Positions 13,701 to 27,112 of a stretch of DNA of 64,000 nt are shown here, piece after piece. Made by a program: the position numbers and the translations under genes. The stretch's first letter is position 1, and every line of letters begins with the position of its first letter. Source of the DNA: Cenococcum geophilum (Eukaryota); the NCBI GenBank assembly GCA_050273025.1, contig CP158635.1, forward strand, positions 29,884,001-29,948,000, read 5' to 3'. The notes under the pieces are model-generated. The model did no database searches, was not told the origin of the DNA, and was given only the letters and a program-made list of their open reading frames with translations.

Positions 13701-15362
13701 TAACTTACTAGGCTTAGTGAAAGTAATAGGGTTAAAAGAGACAGTATAAGACTTCCTAGTAGTAGTAGAGCTAAATTTAGCTAAAGGGCTAGAACGGATC
13801 TTTATAGTGCTAAAATGGGGCACCTTAGTTATAATCACCTTGTTAACTTTAAAAAGGTTCTCTTTAGAAGAATTAAGGTTAATTTTAACCCGCTCGCAAT
13901 TAGGTATAGCTTTATAGTGCTATTTACTGCTAAATAAGGATAGATAGGGCGTAGGAGTAGTAAATAAGGCACTAAAGGCAACAAAGCTAAAAGATACCCT
14001 AGTAATACCGCGTTTAGCTAAAGCGGCCCTAATAGAGTAATTATAATATAGAAGTTTCTTACTAGACCTATAAAAGTAATAAGTGCCTATATAGGCCGTA
14101 AGATTATTATTTTTAAGAATGTGGTAGCTATTAGGGTTAATAGGAAACTAAAAGGACTAGAAGAAATCACTTATATATAAAGCGCCTTTATTAAAACTAT
14201 ATAAGCACCGTCCACGTTGCCTTAAAGAGTCTTAATTTAGTCTATATCTCCTTAGTTAATAGCTAAGATTAGGTCCTAAGTAAGCTTCCAAAATTTAATA
14301 GATTGGTTAAATAAGTATTTAGGGATTTATAGAACTAATTAGTCTAATAAGCGCGACACTTAACTAAAAAGGTATAATTTAGATTTAATAGGAACTGACC
14401 TAGCTATAATAAAGCGAACTATCTCTAAAGTATCTGTAATAGTGAAAATCGGAAATAAACTAGGCCGTATTAAAACTAGCCGTAGTAGAAATAAAACAGA
14501 CTATATTAGACTATTAAACCTCTTTATTCCAGAACTGTTTAAGCCACTTTAGAAACTTAGATAAATAATTATAGCGACTATTAGTTATTGGGGTCTATTT
14601 TAATTCATTATTATAGATTTGGGTATAACTCTCTCCTATTACTACTATATTAGGCTAAAGAATAATAGACTTAGGCAAGTAGGTCCTAGATAAAGAAGAG
14701 AAAAGAAACTAAAAAAGGAATAGACTGTTACTAATTAAAGTTAGTTAGAATATTTAAGACTATAAGGGTTAGAATTATAGTAGAATTATTAATAAAAACT
14801 AAAAGAGCTTATAAAGAGCTAGAGAGGAGTAAATTAGACTAAAAAGTAGGATAAAGCCTAAGAACGAGTTACTAAGATTAATAAAGGAGTAACTAAAGAG
14901 TTTAAAAAATTTACATTTTAGAACTATTATATAGAATAGTGCCAAGCTACTAGTCCCTAGTCTCTTAGCTAAGAAAGCTTAATTTCTAAAGAGCTATATT
15001 AAGGATTTTGGGGTTAAAATCCGTAAAAGGGAGGCTCTATTATAAATAGTAATAATTTAGTAATAAGCAAAGTAGAGAAGGACTGTAAGGGTTATTTTGG
15101 CCCTTACTCGGCTGTATCGCCTAGGGGCTCTTAGGGGTCGCCAAGGCTAGCCTTCGGCTAGCCCTTGGCACCTCCTTATAAGCACCTCGGGCTTGCAGCC
15201 CTTCCCTCCTCATCGGTTCGTCTCTCTCTGTACTTAGGCTATTGCCTACCCTCATTACCATATCGTTCTCTTCTATCGACTCCCTATGTGACTTATGCTC
15301 GGCTTGCCTGCCCCCTACCGTACACCCTGGCAATACTGCCTTATAAGGACTTACTGCCTTAT
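10752..15362 (+). mobile_element. Ty3/Gypsy chromovirus D, 3' part (RNase H, integrase, chromodomain, long 3' region), interrupted by later insertions; likely resumes at 34641
   Basis: ELLAIVASFKHWRHYLEG at ~10755-10810, integrase core ~11460-12100, chromodomain ~12510-12640; probable PPT agtagggggatagc at ~34789-34802. Confidence 0.8.
15084..15345. mobile_element. Solo LTR (262 bp)
   Basis: Termini tgtaagg...ccttata; 5-bp TSD AGGAC at 15079-15083 and 15346-15350. Confidence 0.8.
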
Positions 15363-17390
15363 TATAAGGGCGCGGAGAGACTTTGGGGAAGATTTAAAGA
15401 AATAATATAAATTCTATCTAAATCTAAGGGTATATAGCTCTTGCTAAGAATAAGACATTGCGTAAAGAAGAGAAATGAATAATAAGAGAATTATATAATT
15501 AAATAGTTAAGAGCTTAGTAGTTAATACGTGCGTATATACACACGCGGTCTTTAACAGACTTTAGTAGAATTTAATTAACTTAGCAGAATTTGGCTAAAG
15601 CGTTAGAATTTATCTATTAAGTATTTTACTAAGACATTCCTACTATAACTAGGCTAGTCCCGTTATAGTACCCCCTCTTTTAGCTAAAGGTCCAAATAAT
15701 TTAATTTTAGTTAAGACTTATAACTTATTACATATTATGTTTTCGCATTAGGTAGCAGTATAGGGTTTTACTAATTCTATTTTTAAATAGGCTAATTAGG
15801 ATTTTCTATCCCCGGGATAGAAAATCGCTATTAGCTTAGTTAAGGCGGTAAGCAGAACTAATATCTTTATAGTAAGTCTTAGCAAGGTAAATCTAACTAA
15901 TTAGATAACTTTAACTAGTAGTTAAAGTTCCTTAACATTTTACGTATTACGTAATTGTATTATAAACATTATAACATATTTTAAGTTCTTTTTAATTTTA
16001 AGCTTCCTACTATTATATTTTATATATTCGTATTAGGTAGTAATTATTTACTTTTATATTATATCTATCCAGCCAAAGTAGGCCGCGAAGGATAGTCCTT
16101 ATAGAATTTTTTTACTAGGGAAGGTATATTAGTCTTAATTTACTTATAAGGTTCCTAGGTTTATGTCTTATATCCTTCCTATTTAATAAGAAGTTTAAAT
16201 TATTTAGACTATATCTTCTATTATATATTATTAATTAAGTTAATAAAGTAAGAACTGTTACCGTTATTAATAATTATAGAAGGTAGCGGTAGCACTTTGC
16301 AAGTCATAGGTCTACCTTTTAAGGGCTATAGCAAGTTTACGTAAAATATTAGATATATTTTTACCTTAGTTGGTAGTTTAAGCTTATAAGCGTATGGGCT
16401 TAGTTTCTTCTTAATTTAGTATAGGCCTATAAACTTCTAGTCTAGTTTCCTTAAGGGTTATTAAGTCTTTAGGTTTTATATATTTAGGTAAACTATATTA
16501 CCTTCCTTAAAGTCCTATACAGGAGCTCGTCCTTTATTTATATACCATTCTTATACCGTTTAAGCGTACGCTAATTTACTTTATAATAGTTCCGTTAACT
16601 ACTTTATTTAATTAGCGAAGTTATATACGTTAATTAGTTAAATCCTCTTAATTATAGGCCCTATTATATTAATTTTAGGTTATAGTTTAAATTTAAGTTA
16701 AGGGTCTTATCCGTAGGTTGCGTAAAACAGCGTTACGCCTATTAATTTATTTCTTGTATTATTTACAGTAAACTTAGCTAAAGGTAGCTACTTTTCCTAG
16801 TTATCTTGCAAGTAGGAGCAGTATATTTATAGGTATTATTCTATAATTGCGTTTATAATTTTAGTTTAACTATCTATCTCTAGATAAAATATAGTTAAGA
16901 GTTATATTTATATACTTAATTATTTATATAGGGCTTACTAAAAGTCTAAAACGAACTAGCTTCCGCAGTTAGATATTATTAAATTAGGAAGTCTGTATAG
17001 CTTAAAGACGTACTTAATAAAACATTTAGCTACTAATATTATATTAATTAAGTCTATAGGAATTATATATTGTATTTTTATAAGACGGTTAATAACTACT
17101 ATAACATTCATAAACCTATTACTATTAGGTAGGTTAACTATAAAGTTAATTAAGATATCTTGCTATCTTTATATTAGAATTAGCAACGGTTAAAGTACTC
17201 CTTACTTTTTTATATAAGAGGTCTTTATACGCATATATATTCTGTATACTTAAACGTATTTTTATATATAGTCGTATATTATAGGCCAGTAATATACTTA
17301 TTAAATAATCTTATAGGTCTTTATACGGCTAGGATACCCTACTATAAGGGAATCGTATACAAATTTAAGTATCTTAAATTATAAGGGTTC

Positions 17391-17761
17391 TGTTACGGGA
17401 CACCCCCGTAACACCTTGCACACGTCTACCTGTTTCCACCGACTTAGCAATTAGAGACCAACCGCAAAATGGCAATCTGATGGCAATCTGATGGCAATCT
17501 AACGGTAATCTACGGCATTCTGCCATATTCTGCCAAGTTCCACTAAATTCGGCCAAGTTCTGCCAGGACCACGACCTAAACCCTATTCTACCCTATGTAC
17601 GTATTGACTAAGCAACCAAGTCAATAATATATGCCCTTTCTTCCCGTTTTCCTACCTTCTTTCCTTACGCAACGTCTTAATTTCATTACATAGTTTATGT
17701 ATATAGCTTAATAATATCTACTTTGCTATATATTATCGTCGCTTGTACTTACTCCGTGACA
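17391..17761. mobile_element. Solo LTR (371 bp) inserted in the integrase region of F
   Basis: Termini tgttacgg...ccgtgaca; TSD GGTTC (17386-17390, 17762-17766); internal TGGCAATCTGA and TTCTGCCA short repeats. Confidence 0.9.
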
Positions 17762-18470
17762 GGTTCGGAATTTAGGACTACTATCTTCTATTAATAGTAT
17801 AACCAATTATTACGGATTTCGCATTTAGCGAGTATAATATCCTTATATTACCGTTTCCCTATTTAAAATACTTTTATTATATTCACTATCTAGAGGTCGT
17901 TTTTATATTTATGCTTTATTAATTTATTAATTTCTATATCCCACTTATTAATTTTTAATTTATTCCTATTAAGCTCCGCGTTTAGAAATATAGGATATAG
18001 TTTCTTAAAGCATTTAAAGGGCAGTAGAATTTATAATTAATTTATAATCCATTTATTAGAGGCGTTTGCAGGTAAGTCCTATAATTATTATATTAATAAG
18101 TTAGGCTTCTAATTAAGTTTGCTAGGTTAATACGTAATCCTAAAGTTAAATTATAAGAGGTATTCGGCCTAACAAATTTAGCGCTATATTAATTGCTTTA
18201 TAGTTATAAAGTACTATAGGTTTTTATAGTCCGTTAATACGCGTATTAAGAATAATAATCCTTTAAGTTCTGGACGCTATTATTTAAAGTATCTAATAAT
18301 TATAAGCAGTTCCTTATTATATATTTTATAGTTTAATTTAATAGGGGTAAGTTTCCGAAAGAGAAAGGCTACTAGGCGTAGCTCGCCGTTTTTATTATAT
18401 TGCAATAATACTCCTTTTAGTATATAATTAGACAAGTCTGTTTTAATAATATATTTAAGGTCTAAATTAA

Positions 18471-21400
18471 TGTTAGGTGAAACCTAAGTAGATAGTTATA
18501 TAGCCGCAAGGTACGGGCGACCCTGGGGCAACCCAAGGGTGACTTGCCCATGAGGCACGTGCTCTACACGTGCGTAGGGAAAACCCTTCCTACCTCGCAC
18601 ACAGACTCCTCCTTTTCCCTTAAGGATTTGTCTCTGTCTATATAATACACCTATTGTTCTATCATTGGACTCCCTATCTATATTCTTACCTTATATTTAA
18701 ATCCTTACCAATCCCCTTGGGAGGATAGCCGGTTTAATTTTTCTATAATGCCTCCGAAAAGAAAACCGACGCCTACACCCAACGGTAATATGCTGGTAAT
18801 GCGACCGCAAAACGCCTTAGGATCTAGTGTAGATAAAACCGCTAGAAGCATACTAGTAGCATCTAAGCCACCTTCTGAACCTTAAAATAATTAGATATCT
18901 ATAAACGCTAGAGATTAGTTTAACTTATATACCTGGGCTTAATAGGAGCTAAGTAAGGTTACTAGCGTCCCACCTAATACCGCTGATATAAAGGAGCTAG
19001 ATGAGCTGGCTAAGAAAATAGCCAACTTACGGAGCATTATTAATTTAATAAAGCCCTCCTGTTGCCTCTCTAGTAAAGAGTATAAGTTATATGGCGAACA
19101 CATACGCCGATTAAATCTTAACGCCCTAGTTAAGAAGTTATTACCTGATATTGGCGGTACTACTTAACAGTATTTTAACTAGTGGATTGCCGCAGTTAAG
19201 AACCGATTTAAGGTTAATGACGCTGACTACGACTATAAGTGACGCACGCGCTAGGCCATCAAAGGTCTTATAAAAGAGAAGACAATTGCCTAACTGGTTT
19301 ATTGCCGGTTAGGCACTAAGGATAAGGGTCCTTTACTATAGGACGAATTTAAGACTATAGTTTAAGACCAGATTAGGAACCCTATAGTGAGACGCTTTAA
19401 TAACGCTATAATGTACTATATAGCTGTTATAAAGGAGAACTAGAGGTTCGACGTCTTCCTAGCCCGTATATGTAGCTTAGAGGACCTCTTCTTATATACC
19501 CCTTTTATCAATCCTAAATAATAGGTAGACTTTTAGTTCTTATATCTCCCAGCCTACCTATAAGTAGAGCTCTTCCGCCAGAACTTCGCCTAACGGGTGA
19601 GAACCGCTAAAGACCTCTTTGATGAAATCCGCCGTGTAGAGTAATTGCTTGATACTATAAAGCTCGCGGAAGATCGCGTAAGTAGTAGCGGCAAATTATT
19701 GCGTACAAAGCGCGGTTGCAGCATAGGCTTTATAGAGTTAGGCTTAGGGAACAGAACCTAAAAAGGGCGATGCTTTTCTAAGTAAACTCTTAGGGAGACC
19801 ACCTAAAAGCCAGATAGCTTAGGGGACCCCCCGGACGCCGGTGCTATGTAGGCGAGTTAAAGGACCATAGGCGGCTACTATAAGGAATACTGGAAGCAGG
19901 CTAATAAAGAGAAGTTAGCTTGGGCTTTGGAAAACCCAAAGCCCTAGTAGCGTATCTCTCTTAACTATAACTAGGGCCTAATATAGAGGGAGAGAAGAAA
20001 TGTATTGTGGTATATGTTGCGATGGATACGCCCTAGGGTAAAGTCCGCCTATGTGCTTTATATAATAATGGGTACTAAATTAACCTTATTAATTAAGATG
20101 TTGTCCATAGGTTTAACCTGCCTATACGCTATGCGCTATGTTTACGTAAACCTATTGCACGTTTCTTTAATAGCAACTAGATAATAATCTAGGATGCTTA
20201 TGATCTAATGGTTACCACTACCGACTCCTAGGGTACCCCTCGCACTATTGGCCTGTAGACCTTTTGGGGCGGCTTATTTAATGGTTATAATATAGTCCTT
20301 AGATAGGATTGGCTCGCGGAAGTAGATCTATTAATTAGCTTCCGTTCTAGATAGTTCGTCTGGGGTACTTCGGACCCTAGATGCCTCTAAATAGTTACCC
20401 TTGACGCTCTTCTGGTAGATATTAAGGCTGGCGAAATAGTCTATTTACTATGGCTAGAAGACTCCTTTTTTACGCTGGTTGTGAATATAATAGAGGACCT
20501 GTTATTACTGGCAGTGAGTACCTATACAGACCCTTTAGATGTAGAGATATTGGTTATGAATATAATAGAGGACCTGTCATTACTGGCAGCGAGTACCTAT
20601 AAAGACCCTCTAGTGCTAGTGCAGATCGCCTTAACTTAGGGGGGAGGTAATTGAAACCCTGAAACTATTAAGTATACTATAGCAGAGCTATATGCACTCT
20701 TAGTGCGAGTATACCTACGAAACGCATGTCGGCCGCACCCTTTTCTTTACTGGCTCCCGAAAGCATACTACTACATAATGGTCGCTTTGACCTCCGTGGC
20801 CCCTGGCCTACCAGATGTATATAAAGAGGAAATTAATGTCTTCTCTGATGAGCTAGTAAGCATGCTACTGTAGAACTCTGAGTACGACTATGCAATTGAC
20901 TTAGAAGAAGGCAAGATGCTACCGCAAATGCCCCTCTATAACCTCTTACAGAAAGAGTTGTAGATCTTACAAGAGTACCTGGATAGTACTCTTGAAAAGG
21001 GCTAGATTAGGCCCAGTAAGTCGCCTGCTAGAGCGCCTATCCTCTTTATGCCGAAAGCAGACGGTATAATACGGCTATGCGTTGACTACAGACGCCTAAA
21101 TAAGATCACGATTAAAAATCGGTACCCCCTACCGCTAGTTAGCGAACTTTTTAATAGGCTTAGCTATGCGAAGATATTTATAAAGCTGGACCTTTGTGAT
21201 ACGTACTATAGGATTCGTATTAAAAAGGGAGACGAATAGAAGACCGCATTTAAGACACGCTATGGTTACTTTAAGTACCTAGTAATGCCCTTTAGTTTTG
21301 CTAACGCCCCTATAACTTTTTAGAGCTATATTTATAAAGCCCTAGAAACCCTAGTGGATACTATTTACGTAGTTTACCTAGATAATATTCTTATTTACTT

Positions 21401-24400
21401 AAATGATGAGGATAAGCACGTTAAGTACGTCAAGCAGGTACTGCAACAGCTCCACGCTTAGGGCCTATACGCCAAACTGTTAAAATACATCTTTTATACT
21501 AAGAATGTTGAGTTCCTAGGTTTCATTATTACCCCTAGGGGTATTATAATGGACCCTAACCGCGTAAAAGCTATTAAGGAATGGCCTAAGCCTAAGTCCT
21601 ATAGGGACATCCAGGTCTTCCTTAGCTTTGCTAACTTCTATAGGCGATTTATTTGGAACTACTCGGATACCGCATACCCCCTACACGTATATCTTGCATG
21701 GGTATATCGCGACCCGACATTAGATGGGGAGAAGAAGAAGAAGCGTAAGTTAAAAGGGCCCACTAAATGGTACTAAACTTGGTCCTGGCCCGATGACGCG
21801 TAGTAGGCGTTCTATAAGCTACGCGCTGCGTTTACGTAGGCTCCTCTACTTCGCCACTTTAACCCTAATTTACCCCTAATGGTGATTACTAACGCTTCCG
21901 ACTATGCCTATGGCGGTATACTTCTGCAGCCTTTAGGGCAGGGGGATTAACTCTACTAGCACCCGATCGCTTATTGTAGTTAGAAGCTTACTGGCCTAGA
22001 AGTATGGTATAATACGCATGATAAAGAACTACTCGCTATAGTGTAATGTTTTAAGACGTGGCGCTATTACCTTGAATACGCCGCGCATGTGACGCGCGTG
22101 CTTTGCGATTATAATAATTTTAGGTACTTTATAACCACTAAGAGCTTATCTGCTTGTTAGGCCCGGTACGCCAAGGAACTAGCTAAGTTTAATTTTAAGA
22201 TTGAATATAAGCTAGGTAAAGTAAATCCCGCCAACGTACTATCCTAGCGCCTGGATTATGCTAAAGGCTTTAAAGATGGCAGTAAGAGGACACTCCTTAA
22301 TGCTATGCTGCCTATATTGTAGCAAAAGTTGCGGGTTATAGGCCTTGTGGGTGGCCCTGGTGCTACTACACTAAACTAGCAAGTAGTATGCGTGCAGTAT
22401 GCGAGCGACCCTTATGAACTTGGCGCCGGCGGATTAGAGCGTCCTGCTATTCTTTCTAAGACCACTTTAACCGACCTGATGGCGCTTAACCCTAGGGAAG
22501 ACCCCTTAGCCCAGGCTACGGTCCCCTACAACGACCCGGCGAGTTACCTGCGTATTATACGTTACTTTGCTAGCACCAACTTTGCGCAGAGTCTCGTGCT
22601 ATGGCAAGAGGTAGTAGTAGCTGCTTTAGCCGAAACGGCGTTTACGGAACACCCCCCTGAGTTATTAGTTAATTTTATTTATAGAGTATAAAAAAGGGAC
22701 GCCTTTATACGCTCTATATGTGATTAGTTAACCTAGGAATAAGTTTCTGCCGGTAATAAGGACTATACCCTTAATAATTAAGGACTCCTAAGGCAAAACA
22801 ACAAGGTCTAGGTGCCGAATTGCATATTATTGCGATAGGAGATCCTTAAGCGGAATTATGACGATCCTATAGGCGGCCACTATGGTTTTAACCGTACTTT
22901 TAAGGTAATCGCCCGGAAGTATACTTGGAATGGCCTTACCTAGGACCTCCGTAAATACCTAGATAATTATAATGCCTGCTAACGCTCTAAATCGCGCTGC
23001 TATAAACCCTATAGTAAGCTGTAGCCTCTTTAGGTTCCTACCCGGGCCTGGCGGCATTATTTATTTAACTTTATTACGGATCTTCTAGAGTCTAAGACTC
23101 CTAATGGCGTAGAGTATAACTCTATCTTTATCCTTATAGACCGTTTTATAAAGCTAGTGCGCTACTATCTAGTGCGTAAGATAATTAATACTACACAACT
23201 TGTAGAACTCTTATTTAAAGTCTTTGCGCAAATAGGGCCTCTAGATAATATTGTTTTTAATAAGGGTAGTGTATTTACGAGTGAGTACTAGAGCACTATG
23301 TGCTACCATCTCCGCATTTAACGTAAACTTAGCACCGTATTCTACCCGCAGACAGATAGTTAGATAGAGCGTTAGAACTAGGAGCTTAAGGTATACCTAC
23401 GTATATTTACGAACTGGGAATAGTCCAATTGGGCCTCCCTACTTAAAGAAGCAGCCTTTGCCTATAACTCTAAGGTCTATACTATAATAAAGCGTTCCCC
23501 TATTAAGCTCGCCTATGGCCAGCTACTAAACGTCCCGGATGGAGTCCTAGATAGCGTCTAAGACGCCTGGTAAGGTAGGGAGGGGTCTAAGTTGATAAAT
23601 GTCTAACTCGTAGAGACGCATCTATAACGCCTACGCCTTATATATAAGGCAGCGGTGGCGTTAATAATATACGCCTAAAAGCTTTAGGTAAAATACTATA
23701 ATCGTTACCACCTGGCCAAGCACTTCGCCGTCAGTAAACGAGTCCTACTCTCCTCTAAGAATATCCGCACGAAACGTCCCTATAAAAAGCTTAACTATAA
23801 GTTTATGGGACCGTTTTAGATCCTAGAGCGTGTAGGGCAGTAAGTATATAAGCTAGAGCTTCTACCTACTATGGCACGGCTCTACCTAGTCTTCTATGTC
23901 TCTCTACTAGAGCCTTATAGGTCACGCCCTAGGTTTTAACCCCCGGCAGTGGAAGAGCTTAAGAAAGGCAGCTAGGAAGTAGAAGCAATCGTCGCCTATT
24001 AGGATCGTGCTAGATAACCGCAGTACCTTATTAAATGGCTAGGATGGCTAAATGAGTATAACGAATAGAAATACGAGACAGAACTTAAGAATTGTTAATA
24101 ACTGCTAGATAAGTACCGTAAGCGGGATACCCTAGCCTTATAGCCGAAGCGCAGGCGAAAAGTAAGCGCCGCTGTTAAAATATAACCTACATTAAAGCGA
24201 AGCAGAGGACGTCCTAAGGGATTAAAGAATAAGTAATAATTGCTGTAAGAACTATAGCCTTGATTTAGAAAAGCACCCTTCTTAGACCTAGTCCGTTACT
24301 TTATACTAGCCGAGTAGATTGTTTATATATTAGAGAATAGGCCTATCTATAACTAGGGTCCATTTAACCGGGGTCCACGACCTGCTGGTGACCTGCCGGT

Positions 24401-25286
24401 GGTAACCTGTACTAACAACTTATATACTATTCTACGTATATGCTACGTAGATAACGCATAAGGCTAAAATATAGGTTAGTGGCGGGTCTAACGGGCATAT
24501 AGCCTTACCGTCCTAATCTGGCTGTATGTAAATAACCTATAACCTACCCGCGAAGTATATACGGCGCTACGCCGGTATAGCGTAAGGCCAAAGCAGGGTC
24601 AGCGGCGGATTTAATAGGCATATAGCCTTACCGTCCACGAATCTGGCTGTATACGAATAACCTATAACCTACCCGCGAGGTACTAACGACCTGCCTACGT
24701 AAGCGAGCTTTGGAATATTTCTGGTCTACCGAATTTAGGCGACGGTATTGAGCTCCACTAGCTCTACCTATTAAATGGACTAATTAGGATTTTCTATACC
24801 GGGTATGCAAAATTGCTACTGGCTCGGTTAAATACGGGGGAGTCTTAACAAGGTAAATCTAACTAATTAGATAACTTTGACCGCCGGTTGAAGTTCCTTA
24901 ACATCTTCGCGCCGTGTATATATACCACCCGTCCCTTTATGCGAAAAATTAAGACGCTCTTTCCCCTCTAAATTTTTTCCTTACTAAGGTTTTTTATGGG
25001 GTTTTATTAAGGCTTAAGTATATAAAGGATCAGGGACGACCCTTTTTAAAGGGGGGGGCATTGTTAGGTAAAACCTGAGTAGATAGTTATATAGCCGTAA
25101 GGTATGGGCGACCCTGGGGCAACCTAGGGGTGACTCGCCCGTGAGGCACGTGCTCTACACGTGTGTAGGGAAAACCCTTCCTACCTCGCACACAGACTCC
25201 TCCTTTTCCCTTAAGGATTCGTCTCTGTCTATACAATACACCTATTGTTCTATCATTGGACTCCCTATCTACATCCTCACCTCATA
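18471..25286 (+). mobile_element. Full-length Ty3/Gypsy chromovirus G nested in F (moderately RIPed)
   Basis: 225-bp LTRs 18471-18695 and 25062-25286; TSD ATTAA; gag ATG 18748; RT (track ORF 21048-21239 [22 protein letters not shown](D) ~21375), RNase H, integrase, chromodomain ~23975-24120; PPT aaagggggggg. Confidence 0.95.
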
Positions 25287-27112
25287 ATTAAAATAAGTAA
25301 GAATTAAAGCAGTTATAAAACGATATTTTAGGTTATTAAAAGCTTATTTATATTTAGTAGTCTATTTAAATCTTATATTCTTCCTTATTAAGTTTACTAA
25401 TAGCTAAATAATTTTTAAGAAGTAATTAATAAATTAATAATAAAAATTTGCAAATTCTAAAAATCTTTAAATATCTTATACACTACTAGGACTTTCCCAG
25501 TTTATAATTATAGCAATTTTCTTAGGGTCTATTTTAATTCCGTTATAGGATATAATTAGGCCTAAGTATATAACTTTAGATATATAGAACTTACATTTCT
25601 TAATATCGCATTATATGTCCGTGTCTTATAGGTGTTTAAGGACTATTTAGATATGCTTCTAATGCTTAAAAAGCAAAAATAAATAGATTAAGATATTATT
25701 AATATACGCGGTAATAAATATATTAAGGAATTCGCGAAGTGTATTATTAATATATTACTAAAATATACTAGGACCGTTCTTTATACCAAATAGCATTACT
25801 AGGTATTAAAAAAGTCCCTATTATATATAGAAAGCTATATACTTTTTATCTCCTTTATAAACACGGATTTAATTAAAAATAGCGACTATATTAAGCTTTA
25901 TAAAGTATTATACTTTTACTAAGCAGTTAAGTGTTTCTTAAAGCAGAGGAATTGGATATTAGTTTTAAATCGTAATTGTATTTAGGGCTTAATAATTAAT
26001 ATAGAACCTTAAGCCTCTTTTAAGTTTCTTAATAAATAGTATAGGCGAGGTAAATAGTAATTAACTAGGGCAAATAAATCCTTTCTTTAGGTGCTCTTTA
26101 AGGTATTATCGCATTATAAGTAGCTCTTCTTATAATATACCATATAACGGGCCAAACTTTAGCATTATACTAGGTTTAAGTTCTATTTTAAAATTATACT
26201 TATCTTAATACGGGGGTAGTTAGTTTATAAATCGTTTCTTAAATATATTAATTAGATTATAATATTCTTTAGGTATAAGAGGTTAGGGGTTAATATATTA
26301 CTTCAGTTCTAACGCCTTCTTAATATCTTCTAGTGTTATAGTAAAGATCTTATAGTCTTATTTTCTTATTAATAAATAAAAGGGTACGGCTTATACTATA
26401 TAAATTTTAAGGGTTTTTTTAAATATATTATCTTCGCATTCTTTACCGCGATTAGTAGTTATAACTTTATTATATTAGTTTAAGGTTTATAGTAAGGGCA
26501 ATTTATATTATATTAAATTTAAATAGTCGTATATATATTTATAGGGCAAGTAGTATTTTAAGTAATAACTTCGGCAGTAGGTTATACAAAATTTTAGTAT
26601 TTCTTTAACCCAGCTAATTAAAGGGTTGTATTGTTTTAGTTATCCATATCTAAGTATTACTTTATAATACTTTAAGGGTATTATAAATAGGGAAACGTAT
26701 TTAAGGTATTTACTTATCCGCATCTTTATAAAAGTATAGTGTATTAGTTCGCCATATATTAAAGGCTTACTATTAAAGCCTTATAGGCCTTAAGGCTTAC
26801 TATTAAAGCCTTATAGGCCTTAAGGCTTATTAAGTTTCTTTAAATTTAAGCGTTAAGTTTTCGCGTAGTTTATATTAATAAAGCCTATATTAGTAGCTTC
26901 GCTACCTATAAGGATTTATACTTCCCCTTATTTTCTAAGTACTTAAATTTTGCTAAGTATATTAAGGGAGTTATATTATATATTAGCGCTAAAAAAGCCT
27001 AGATACTTATACTCTTCCACTTCTTATCTTAAGGCGCAACTTAGCCCTAGAATAATTTATTTTCTAAATTAACTAAAGGTAAAATGCTTTATAGCGACTA
27101 AGTATAATTTAT

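Noticed and set aside
15121..15410. Two short overlapping ORFs
   Set aside because: Lie in a TSD-flanked solo LTR and run across its boundary
24777..24907. Shared hairpin module as a known ribozyme (hammerhead, HDV, twister)
   Set aside because: Could not place the catalytic core motifs by eye even after reversing RIP, and orientation varies; needs an Rfam search
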